A DNA stretch of 64,000 nt from Macrostomum hystrix (Eukaryota > Animalia > Platyhelminthes), in NCBI GenBank assembly GCA_950097015.1, contig CATNEN010000007.1, positions 4,154,001 through 4,218,000 of the forward strand. The letters are read 5' to 3'. Positions 22,955 to 33,969 of this stretch are shown here, one piece after another. Position numbers and translations under genes: made by a program. Position 1 is the first letter of the stretch. Each line of letters starts with the position of its first letter. The notes beneath the pieces were generated by a model. The model did not search any database. It had not been told where the DNA came from and saw only the letters and a program-made list of their open reading frames with translations.

Positions 22955-25900
22955 TCAGTGCTTCTGCTTCTCCGCCAGCCACTGCCGCACCCTGTCGCGC
23001 AAGTCTTCATCAGCGGTGACCTGCGACATTGTCAGGGGCTGCCTGTTGAACGGGTCGGTGGGGTCGGACAGCAGGTGCCGCTGAATGGTGGCCCGGTCCA
23101 CCGTGACCCGTGAGGCCGGCAGCACCACAGGGTCGCGCATCAGCGTGCCCATGATGGGATCAATGAACTCCTCCGGGGCGTCCTCGGCGCTTTCGTCCTC
23201 CGCCTGGCGAGCCGCCTCGGCCAGCCTGCAAGCCGCGGAAAGTCAAATAGTCAGCTTCGATCCTCAACCAGAATTGCATTGCTACCCAAATACTTCATAA
23301 TTTATGACCACCATCAGCTACTGGCAAACTTGAAAGTTCACCACGAAGCTTACACGTCTTCAACAGAAACCCCTAGTTCCTCACCGGAAACCCCTAGTTC
23401 CTCACCGGAAACCCCTAGTTCCTCACCGGAAACCCCAGTTTCCTCACCGGAAACCCCAAGTTCCTTACCGGAAACCCCAAGGTTCCTTACTGGAAACCCC
23501 AGGTTCCTTACTGGAAAACCAAGGTTCCTTACCAGAAACCCCAGGTTCCTCACCGGAAACCCCAGGTTCCGAAAACCCCAATGGTTCGGCACTGGAAACC
23601 AGTGTTTCATTGTTTACTGGTTACTCATTTGAAACCTCTTGTCTCCTCGGAAACACAAAAATCTGCTTCCTTCTCAGAAGTCCCTATTTTATGCCTAAAG
23701 GCATCACCCCCCCCGGCAGCCAAAAATGCAGCCCTGACCCACCTAGCGCTCTCAGCGAAGCGGGCAAAGGCGTCAGCCAGTCCAGGATCGGCCACCCGCT
23801 CCAGGAGACTGGCCGCGGCCTGCATGAGGCCGGGCGAATAGGACCGGCTGTCGCGGACCACAGCCGATAGGAAGGCCTCGCCGCCGCTGCTGAGATTCAC
23901 CAGCAGCCGACAGATGGAGGCCAGCAGTTCGCGAGGCTTGAACTGGTAGGCGGACTTGTCGCGCACGGTCAACTCGCTCTGCTTTGGCCCGGCCAGGTGG
24001 GCCAAGAAGTAATTGAGAGTGCCGGCTACTCGATCGGCCAGCATGGGGTGAAGCAGCACCTCCAGCACGTCAGGAGCCTCCGTGAGCAGCTCCAGGGCCT
24101 TCAGAGTGTCCTGGCTTAGCTGGTTGTGGAATCTGGTCAGCCTATGGAGATGGGACATTGGGACATTGCTCTGGGTGAGGGGATCGGTCACTTTCAAAAC
24201 TTAAGATGATTGACAGACTTCTTTTTACTCAGAATGGAAAATTGGCAGACTGCATTGTACTCAGAGTGGTATAATTGGCAGACTGCATTGTACTCAGAAT
24301 GGGATAATTGGCAGACTGCATTGTACTCAGAATGGGATAATTGGCAGACTGCATTGTACTCAGAATGGGATAATTGGCAGACTGCATTGTGCTCAGAATG
24401 GGATAATTGACAGACTGCATTGTACTCAGAATGGGATAATTGACAGACTGCTTTGCACTTAAAATGGGATAATTGAGGGACTAAAGGGACTTTAGGTACT
24501 TAGTGAGGCCGGGCTAACCTGGCTGTGTGCAGGAACTGTGCCTCGGCCTCCTGCCGCTCCCGCTGGTTCTCGCCGTACTCGGGCCATTGGCCGTCCTGGC
24601 GGCGCAGCTCCAGGGACTTCAGCTGGGCAAGGTAGCCCAGGGCTTCGTCTAACAGGAAGGTGGCGTCGTTTAACAGGAGGTTGAGAAACTTCAGGAACAG
24701 AGGCGCCTCGGTATCGTCCAGCCGCTCCATGGCCAGCCTGGCCAGCAGGCAGATCTGCTCTCGGTGGCTGGGGATGGACCATAGACAGTGCAGCACGGAG
24801 TACATCGGCCTTCGATAGCTGAACTTCATCTCGAACTGCACCGATTCGCCGGATAATTCAATGCTAACGAAAACACTGAGCAACGCCGCCGCTGTGTGCG
24901 AGGCCATCGGGTGCGACTCAAGCAGGGCGGCCCGCCGGTACGTTGGCACCTGGGCGGATGGGGATATTTGGGGAGTGGACCTTGGGATATTTGGAAAGTG
25001 GAATAGGGATATTAAGGGAGTAGAATAGGGGATATTTGGGGAGTAGAATAGGGGATTTTTGGCAAATAAAAAAGGGATATCTGAGGAGTGGAATCCATGA
25101 TCCCACTATCCCCTGATAGTGGGAAAGTGGAATGGGGATATTTAGAAAGTGGAAAAGGGATATTTGGATAGTGGAATACGGATATTCTAAAGTGGAATAT
25201 GGATATTGGAAAGTGGAATAGGGGTATTTGGAAAGTGGAATAGGGATATTTGGAAAGTGGAATAGGTAACATTTGGAGAGTGGAAATGGGATATTTTAGA
25301 ATTAGAGAATTAGAGATACGAATTATTCGAAGAGTGTAGCTAGAGATACTTCGAAAATGGAATTCTGTATTTTTAGGGAAATGAACGGGGTATTCAGGGA
25401 GTGTTTATATTGTAGCCCCTACTTTCAACGCGGATCTTCTACCTGCGGCGCGCCCTCCTCGCCGGGCAGCGGGCACAGGGCGCACAGACCCTCGGCCAGG
25501 CTGGCCCTGAGGTGCGGATTCCTCAGCAGTCTGGGGCAACCCATGAACAACAGCAGGAAGCTGAACAGAGGCTCCAGCTGATGCTGCGACATCTCCAGCA
25601 TGTCCGGCCTTTGATGACGAAAGAACACGGCGCACTGGACGACGCCTTCGGCCAGCGACTCCGGCAGCAGCCGAAGCCACCAACCGGAGCCGTCGCCGCA
25701 GGCGTCCAAAATGCCGACACCATCGGGCAACGAGTCGGACCAGCGCGACGGAGTTCCAGCCGACTCGGCCGACGGCGCGTCAGCTAGAGCGAAATGCACC
25801 ATCAGGCGGGAGGTGGCCACCAGGAAGCCGAGCAGCGGCTCCAGCAAGGCAGGAGATCTCAGGCTGGCCCGGTGTGCCAGATAGTGAGCTGTTAGGCGCT

Positions 25901-28900
25901 CCAATGCTGCCACGTGCGACTCGTGCGGCGGCTGCTGCTGCTGCACCGCGTGCTGCAACCGGCTCAGGTTCTGCTGGACCTGGGTGGTGTTTTCAGTCAA
26001 ATAATTTGTTTGGGTAAACGGCGAAGAGTAACTATGAGCTTGGCTTTGCCTCGTCATCTAATTAGCAGGTGCAATTCGATTCCGGTACCTCCTGAAGCTT
26101 TTCGCAGGCTAACGCGAAGCCCAGCCGAACAGCCCGCTGGCACAGGAAGAATAGCTCAGTGAGCACGTGCGGCGGCTCAGTTGGCGCGGTTGCTTGAGCC
26201 GGACTTTCGCCGCTGCCGCCGCCAGTTGAGAGAGGCGTCTCCTTTGCTAGGCTTCGCAACGGGCAGCGGTCACTGCGGACGTATCTGGGCGAGGCGGGTT
26301 TGGTAGCGGATTAACGAGGCTTAACATTGATAGCCTGAATTATTTACTGGCTTGAGATGAAGCTGGAATGAAAGATTGCGTTCAACACTTGGACGATATG
26401 TATCAATCGAAACTTCTGGGAGGGATTGAATAAGTGAAGAGAGGGAGAGAAGAGATGTAGAGAAGGGGAGGGAGAGAAGAGATGTAGAGAAGGGGAGGGA
26501 GAGAAGAGATGTAGAGAAGGGGAGGGAGAGAAGAGATGTAGAGAAGGGGAGGGAGAGAAGAGATGTAGAGAAGGGGAGGGAGAGAAGAGATGTAGAGAAG
26601 GGGAGGGAGAGAAGAGATGTAGAGAAGGGGAGGGAGAGAAGAGATGTAGAGAAGGGGAGGGAGAGAAGAGATGTAGAGAAGGGGAGGGAGAGAAGAGATG
26701 TAGAGAAGGGGAGGGAGAGAAGAGATGTAGAGAAGGGGAGGGAGAGAAGAGATGTAGAGAAGGGGAGGGAGAGAAGAGATGTAGAGAAGGGGAGGGAGAG
26801 AAGAGATGTAGAGAAGGGGAGGGAGAGAAGAGATGTAGAGAAGGGGAGGGAGAGAAGATATGTAGAGAAGGGGAGGGAGAGAAGAGATGTAGAGAGGGGG
26901 AGGGAGAGAAGAGATGTAGTGAAGGGAGGGAGAGAGATGGAGAGATATGGAGAAGGCTGGTAAGATATAACACGGAGTGATGGGAGATGTAGGCGGTGTG
27001 GGGAGCACAGATCAAGACTGGCTGGCGTGGCGAATGAATAAAATGCAAGGCCATCTGACCTGGGATCCACCAACAGCAGGCGGTCCGATCTGGGGTCGGT
27101 GAGCGGGCCAGCCAGCTGCAGCAGGGCAGCGCAGGCATTCAGGCAGCAGCCATCGCTGGCGAAGGCCATGCCCAGCATCAGGGGGTCCATCGAGTGCCTG
27201 GCAGCCAGCTTGGCCTTGCCGGCGTTGGCCTCGAGAAATTCTGCGAACCATAACAACAGCTCACGCTTGGCCGAGCGGAACAGAGCTCTGAAGATGCCGC
27301 CAACCTGTCGGGAATAGAATGACAACTATTTTGTATTGCTTCTGCAAATGTTGTACCTGCGATACTAGCTGCGATACTAGCTGCGATACTAGCTGTGATA
27401 CTTGCTGCGATACTAGCTGTGAAACTAGCTGCGATATTCGCTTCGATACAAGCTGCGCTTCCTGCTGCGATACTAGACGAGCTTCCTGCTGCGATACTAG
27501 CTGTGAAACTAGCTGCGATACTAGCTGCGATACTAGCTGTGAAACTAGCTGCGATACTAGCTGTGAAACTAGCTGCGATACTAGCTGCGATACTAGCTGC
27601 GATACTAGCTGCGATACTAGCTGCGATACTAGCTGCGCTTTTAACTGCGCTACCAGCGATTCTACTCGAGACTCTAGCTTCAAGACTTAGCGCTCGTACT
27701 TGGATACTAAACATATTATATGCAAGTAAAACAGCTCACCTGGGATAAATAAATACCGCCAAGATCCCACAGGGCTCGCTCAGCCGCATCGTAGGCCCGC
27801 TGGGACATCTGACCAGTTGACGGAAACAGCGGGTCCGGCTGCTGCACCCCGCCCAGCTGGGGCAGGCCGCTGGGGGACAGCAGGCGGCCCAGCACTGTGC
27901 CGACCTGCGCCTGGCGACCGGCTCCCTCCACTGTCAGCGGCTTATCAAGGCGAGACAGGAGGGGCGGGAAATACAGGCACGATTTGAGATTTCTGTGATC
28001 GCTACAGTCTCTGAGAATGAGTAGTTTCAAGAATGATTTTCGGGATAAGTAGGATTTTCGGGATTTCTAGAATTATTTTTGGGATTTGTTGGATTTTCGG
28101 GGTGAGTACCATTTTTAGAGAGGGTAGGAGTTTCTGGACGAGTTTTAAGGTAAAATATTAAGCTAGGATTAGGATAATTTTTATATCTAAAAAAGCAACA
28201 GCTCACCTGCTGCAGGCGAGAAGCAGCCAGCAGAGCTCTGGCGCAGGCTGGCAGGCGGGCCAGATGAAGCAGCAGCACCAGTAGGCGGGGCTCAGTCAGC
28301 AGCGGGCAGTGCAGCGATTCAAAGTGCCGCTCGTCGCGCAGCACAGCCCGACAGACGCCGGCAACGAACTGGCGGACAACAAGAGGAGAGGCGGATGCAG
28401 CGCCTGCAGAGTCAACAGCGCCAGGCAGGCAGGCAGTTAGAAAATCGGCGACATCTGCGGGAAGCTCCCGACTATTGCCGCCGCTGCTGATGGCCAATTC
28501 CAGCAGGTGCCTGGCAGCCAAATCCACTGGACACTGGGTGAGGATCTCCGGATTGGCCAGAAATTCTCTGACCTGGCCAGTGAGCTGGGATCGGCACGAG
28601 GAGATCACTTCCGTCAGGCGAGAAGCCACCGGGGCCAAATCAAGCGGAAGTGCCGCCGGATTGGACTCAGCCAGACGGTTAAGACTTTGATAGCAGCGGA
28701 AACTATATGGCACAATGTCGCGAGAAGTTAGCAACAGATCGACCAGGACTTGCCCAATGAGATCCGGACCAATCAGCCTCTGATCCGGATGGAGCTCGGC
28801 CAAGCCGGCCAAATACTTGGGAGTTGCCGCATCGGTCGGCAGGGGCACAGCTGACTGACGTTCGGCATCGAAGGTGACACCGAAGCAGATTTCGGCAGTG

Positions 28901-29085
28901 AAGTTCCACAGCAAGCGGTAGCGATGCTGGTCCGCCAACTGGGATTGCAGATAGCTGCACAGAGGACAGACGGCTCTGTGCTGGGCGTTCTGTACGTGCT
29001 GGTGCCAGCTCCCATCTGAAGCCAGCGCAGCGAACGGATTGCTGCTGACAGCGTCCGCTGTAGGACGCGGCGTCGACTCTGACGA
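22955..29085 (-). CDS. UBE4A: Ubiquitin conjugation factor E4 A (Ufd2-type U-box E3/E4 ligase), 8 coding exons, no genomic ATG
   Basis: Exons 29085-28207, 27940-27740, 27304-27060, 26284-26089, 25979-25443, 24949-24519, 24141-23743 and 23225-22955, all GT-AG with matching phases (3159 nt, 1052 aa plus stop). Motifs: [80 protein letters not shown], and U-box [46 protein letters not shown]. Confidence 0.93.
23365..23580. repeat. 21-bp minisatellite GAAACCCCTAGTTCCTCACCG in UBE4A intron 7
   Basis: About 10 drifting copies. Confidence 0.85.
24236..24475. repeat. 33-bp minisatellite in UBE4A intron 6
   Basis: GATAATTGGCAGACTGCATTGTACTCAGAATGG, about 7 copies. Confidence 0.9.
24958..25300. repeat. 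Degenerate ~22-bp repeat GGGATATTTGGAAAGTGGAATA in UBE4A intron 5
   Basis: Loose tandem copies. Confidence 0.7.
26438..26935. repeat. 27-bp purine-rich minisatellite GAGGGAGAGAAGAGATGTAGAGAAGGG in UBE4A intron 3
   Basis: About 18 near-identical copies. Confidence 0.95.
27355..27640. repeat. 12-bp minisatellite GCTGCGATACTA in UBE4A intron 2
   Basis: Tandem units with GCTGTGAAACTA variants. Confidence 0.92.
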
Positions 29086-29204
29086 CTGGAACAGAAGCCA
29101 GTCAGTAGCAGTCAGTAAGCTTAAGAATAATTTGGTTTACTCGTGAAGACGTTAATACATATATACGTAGTTTAGCGAAGGGTTGTAGGCTAGAAGGGGA
29201 TTTT

Positions 29205-29300
29205 AGAATAGCGGTTAGAGCGTCGGATTCAGAGCTTGAAGGTCAAGGGTTCGATTCCCAGCTCCAATGGAACAATGTGTTGCTGGGCCAGATATGTAGC
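29205..29300 (+). mobile_element. tRNA-derived SINE-like head between LSM14 and UBE4A
   Basis: TAGCGGTTAGAGCGTCGGA...GGGTTCGATTCCC (A and B boxes). No complete cloverleaf. Confidence 0.5.
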
Positions 29301-30011
29301 CAGTGGCACAGCCGTAGTTAATATATGCTTGTACTATCATATGCTTTGTGAAATTAGACATTTTATTCATAACTTTGAATTTAGTGTTGTGCTAGTTTTG
29401 TAGTGTTCGCAATCAGACAATAGAATCGTTGCAGAACAAGGAGTAAGAAACAGATTAACACTTTATGGACTCCAGTTTATAACTTCACTAACATTGCTAA
29501 CAAACTTTACTCGCTCTCCTAATTTTTTTAGTTTTAGTCAAGAAATTTTTGAGAGCCACGAATGTATATTTCTGCGGATAACACTCAAGGGACAAGTGAA
29601 AATTTACTAGAAAAGCTTGCAACTTGGCATCCAGTAAGATCAGGGTCCAATTAAATTGAGTCCTCCTACGAATAACAAACAGTGCACGCGGCATGCTCGT
29701 GTTGAAATTGTATTCGGCGAAAAATTCGCATAAGGTCCCACAGTGGAACATCTGGGGAGTGGGAAATAGCGAGATTGGAAAACACACCGAAGCAAGCTTG
29801 GCTGGCGGTCTTCTTCCAAAAGCGGATCAGGGATCAGGTGTTGCACAGAAAAAACAACGAGCGGTTTGTAAACGATAGCAGACCGTTTGACGAGTAAGGG
29901 CTGAGTCAGAACAATCGGTGTAGGGAAAATTGGGAGCCGTGGCCAAGAATTTATGAAGTCTTTGTCGCTGTTTTTTATTTTCTAGAGTTTCAAACTCTTG
30001 CTCGCAGTGCT

Positions 30012-31427
30012 TCAAACTGGCGAGCGTCGGCTGCTCAGAGGCGCGCCCCGGTGATGCTGATGATTGGGGTGAAAACGCCGGCCCGATAGGCCGAACGTCT
30101 CCCTGTTGAGCGCGTTCTGTCTGGCCGCCTCCTTGCGACCCAGCCTGGCCGAGTCGCCGCCAGCCGCTGTGCTTGGATCAACGTCCACCCGGCTAATGTC
30201 GTCGTAAAAGCTGCGCTCCTTGTCGTAGCCGCAGTGACGATTGGCTGCGGCAGATGACGAGGCGGATGCGGCGGCAGCTGCTGCCGAGTCCGATGCGTCC
30301 TCGTTGGCGGCGTTGTCTTCGGAGCTAGAGCCACCGCCGCTGCCGTTAACCAGTTGACCGGCGTCGATGCCGTTAGCTGCAGAAGACTTCTTAACGGCTG
30401 TCAGCAACAATTTGGCCATTTCAGCGTTGGCCGTCTCAAAGTCGTAATCGGCAGAGAAATATTTGGCCGGATGGGCCGCAGCTTCGGCGATGCCGTTTGG
30501 CTGGTGCGACCGGCGCGAGTGACGACCGCCGCGGCTTCCTCCGATGCCGGCGCCTCCTCCACCGATTCCGCCGCTGCCGACAACTAGACGCGGCGATAGG
30601 CGACGCTGACCGTTGCCTTGGTAGCGACTAAATTGCATTACTGGCCGACCACCGTTGCCATTAACGCCGACGCTTCCACCGCCTCCGCTATGATGTGGGC
30701 GCATTGGGTAGCCATTTGAAGCAGCGGCGGCGAAATCGGCAGCCTGGTACATGGACGCAGGCCGGTATTGCGGATAGTAGCCACCTACGCCGCCCACGCC
30801 ACCGTTCATACCGCTGCCGCCAGCGCCTTGGTTGCCGCGATAGCTAACATTGTACCAGCTGTACCAGTCGTTGCGAGGACGCGACGGTTGCGGAGAGTGG
30901 GCGGGCAGTTGCATCTTGGACGGAGGCGGCAGCAGATAATGATGCTGATGGTTAAACTGACTGCGACCGGGCCTGCCGCCGGCGCCACCGACACGTCCAG
31001 CGGACGTGCCCTTGGCATGACGCCGCCTACCGCTGCCTCCACCAGCCGACCTGCCTCCGTTGGATTCTTCAACATTGCCAGAATTCGCAGCGGAAGAGGA
31101 GCCAGACGGTTTAGCCTGCACCCGGATGATAGCCGGATCTGGCACCGGGCGAGACAGGGGCGTATCAATGACGCGCAACTCGGTGATGTCAGCGGCACGA
31201 AATATGATGTACTCGAATGTGTCCGGCGATGGCGGAACTCTGCGCTCGCATTGGCGATCCTCGGTGCCGAATACGCGAACATGATCCAGCGTCACAGAGG
31301 CCTCCTTCTGATCGATGCTATGCAGGAATCCTTCGTAACGGATGCCGGCTTTTGATAATAGCGATATTGTGGACCCGATGTAGGGCACTTGAGAAGATGC
31401 AGATGAAGCTGATGGTGGAGGTGCCAT
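30012..31427 (-). CDS. LSM14: LSM14/RAP55/Trailer hitch family mRNP and P-body protein, intronless, 471 aa
   Basis: LSm14 domain YIGSTISLLSKAGIRYEGFL..ID...VTL..VRVFGTEDR...FEYIIFRAADI; FDF-like DYDFETANAEM; FFD-like YDKERSFYDDIS; TFG box LNRETFG; RGG/Gly-rich linkers. Confidence 0.93.
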   Translation of the reverse strand: MAPPPSASSASSQVPYIGSTISLLSKAGIRYEGFLHSIDQKEASVTLDHVRVFGTEDRQCERRVPPSPDTFEYIIFRAADITELRVIDTPLSRPVPDPAIIRVQAKPSGSSSAANSGNVEESNGGRSAGGGSGRRRHAKGTSAGRVGGAGGRPGRSQFNHQHHYLLPPPSKMQLPAHSPQPSRPRNDWYSWYNVSYRGNQGAGGSGMNGGVGGVGGYYPQYRPASMYQAADFAAAASNGYPMRPHHSGGGGSVGVNGNGGRPVMQFSRYQGNGQRRLSPRLVVGSGGIGGGGAGIGGSRGGRHSRRSHQPNGIAEAAAHPAKYFSADYDFETANAEMAKLLLTAVKKSSAANGIDAGQLVNGSGGGSSSEDNAANEDASDSAAAAAASASSSAAANRHCGYDKERSFYDDISRVDVDPSTAAGGDSARLGRKEAARQNALNRETFGLSGRRFHPNHQHHRGAPLSSRRSPV

Positions 31428-32570
31428 GCTTGTCTTGGTAATTTATCAACTATTTAAGTATTGGTTTTTTTCTGTCTTGATTATTGTGCCCTCGCTCGCT
31501 TACTAAGCCTAAGAAGTTACTCGCTGACCCCCGCTTTCGTTCGAGACAGGTCTAGAGGGAATGAAAGAGACAACTCGGCCAGCGGCTCGAGCGGCCATAG
31601 ACTAAGAAAATTCGGGACCGACATGCGACCACCCATTAAGATGCAGAAAGACAACACACAGAAAGTGCACTGATTGATCGCAAACAGACTAGCTTGGCCA
31701 TAGACAAATGAATGAAGTCCCGATCCTTCTACTTAGTTTTTGCGTGTTAAGGCTTGTCAGCTTGAGGTTCTCTAAAAGTACATTTACAGCGTGACTGATC
31801 ACGGTCAAAAAGACACGGGAAGACGCCTATAATATTAGTTTCCCTCATATCTCCACCGTTACCTCACTGTTAACTACTCGTTATATAGTTTGCTTCATCT
31901 AAACTTTCACCTGAATATTATATACTTTAGTGTCTCTTGTCTCCACTTTCACGTTGCCATTATCTAATATAGTGTGATTTGTACTTTCAACTGAAGGGCG
32001 CCAGTCTCAACTGCAGGGGCGCTAGTGCATGGGAACATATTTCTGCAGCATTTTTCCATCGCTGGTGCCAGAATGATACTGATTAAGCATTGCACAATGC
32101 ATGCATGTATCTGAGAAAGGCCGCGGGGCGGTCTGGGCAAATTGGTCGAACGTCAGTCACAGCTCGGCAGCTGTTACACTAACACTATTATTTCTTTCAT
32201 CACACCACAGCCCTCTTCCTTTGACCCTATTCTTATAGGTGTGCTTTCAGCTAGGCAGAGTTGCTGGGCGTAATGTTGGCCGACTTTTTCATTTGGTTTA
32301 ACAAGGGTTCAAGGGAGAGGAAAAAAACTGACCTAGGTACCACAACTCTGACACTTTCTGGCATCCCTCCCTGAATTGGTAACCACCTGTAACCTGTGGC
32401 GGCCAGGCCCGCACACAGCGATGTCTGCGGTGCATTCGCACTCAATCTCCGGCCGGGGCTGTTTGACTCACGCTCGCGCACCTCCCCACGCTCTGTATAA
32501 AAATAACTTTTGAAAAGAAAGTTGTGAATGAATCTTTTCTCGCCGCATTTAATTTTGCGAGACGCTAAAT

Positions 32571-33340
32571 TGGTGAGCCCGACCGCCCCAGCCGTAGCTG
32601 AAGTTACTATATCATAACTGAGTCAGCCGGCGCACTCAAACTGCCAACCTTTTGGGCCTCCCAGCCCAGGGCGTGGTTCGTCCAGGTCGAAGCCCAGTTC
32701 GCCCTGCGAAAAATTACTGATGACAACACCAAGTATTGCCATGTGATCACCGCGCTCGACCAGCAGACAGCCGAGCGGCTTCTTGACGTACTGGAGAAAC
32801 CGCCGACAGCGGAGAAGTACGACGCACTGAAAGCTCGTCTGCTCGGTACTTTCGGCTTGACCCGTCTGCTCGGCACTTTTGGCTTGACCCGGCAGAAACT
32901 GCGAACCTCCGTGCAGTTTCCAGAGAAATGGCCAGGCCGGCCGTCAGTGTACAGCTCGACGGCCGGCAGCAACAGCAGCCTGCTACTCATCTCTGACATC
33001 CAGACGGACCGGCGATTCCTGTTCGACACTGGCGTTGAGGTTATTCTTTTCCCCGTCACCGGCACAGACGCTCGCCTGCACTAACCAGGTCCGCCGCTCA
33101 ACGCAGCTAAAGGAAGCGTCATCCGCACCTTCAGGACGCGACAGCTCACGCTCGACATTGGAATACGTCGCTGCTTCTGGCCGTTCATCCTAGCAGAGGT
33201 CTCTCGCCCGCTCATCGGCGCTGATTTCCTTCGCCACCACGGCCTGCTTGTAGACCTGCCGCACCGGCGGCCTCTGGACGCTCGATCGCTTGCCAGCGTG
33301 CACCTGCTGGGCAGCACGGGGCCCGGATGGAATGATTCTA
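32571..33340 (+). mobile_element. Gypsy LTR retrotransposon remnant (CsRn1-like): PBS, gag and protease
   Basis: PBS TGGTGAGCCCGAC (one mismatch to the tRNA-Trp 3-prime complement). Gag LKLPTFW..QPRAWFVQVEAQF...TKYCHVITALD. Protease FLFDTGVEV and RPLIGADFLRHHGLLVDL. Internal deletions and a 27-bp duplication. Confidence 0.85.
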
Positions 33341-33969
33341 GCACGCACGCTTCGCGCACTCGTGCTTTTGCCATTGACGCACGAGTCGGCGTGTTGGAAT
33401 CCGATTGTCGATTGACTATTAAGTTGCATCATAAATCTGAGTGAGTGGACAGAGAGGGTCATGGGGGCAAAGCCCCCTTGTGGGAGTGTGGGGGCAGAGC
33501 CCCCACGTACTAACATCAAGAAGTTTTTCAAAATGCTGCGCTTATCTAAATAATTGACTATCTAAGAGGGCCCCCCTCTCTCTGGTATGAATCTGACCAG
33601 ATCTGCAGCAGTCGATCGGATGAGGTCTGGGTAAGGGTATAAGGGTAGAAAATATTTTATGGTAGACGCAGCGAGGGCTTGGGGGGAGGTGATCCAGGGA
33701 ACGATCGATAATTGATGGCTGTGAAATGTACAGTAAGAGAGACGTCCTGAAGAAGTTCATTAAATTCCACGATAGTATACTGTCTACTTTATCTATCGGT
33801 CCTCAGTTCTTATCTCACAATCAGTTCTCTTATCTCGCAATGCCAGTTTTACGAGCGTAAAAGGAGCCCCCGCCTCTCTTACTTGCAATTTAAATATACT
33901 GCGCATCGTCTTTGAGCTTCTATTTTTCACCTGTCGCTTCAATTGTCTGTTCTTTGTCATCCAAGACAA

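Noticed and set aside
30768-31355. Plus-strand ORFs opposite LSM14 (and similar shadow ORFs over UBE4A, ANKAR, GT92 and the mariner)
   Set aside because: Antisense shadows of GC-rich coding exons.
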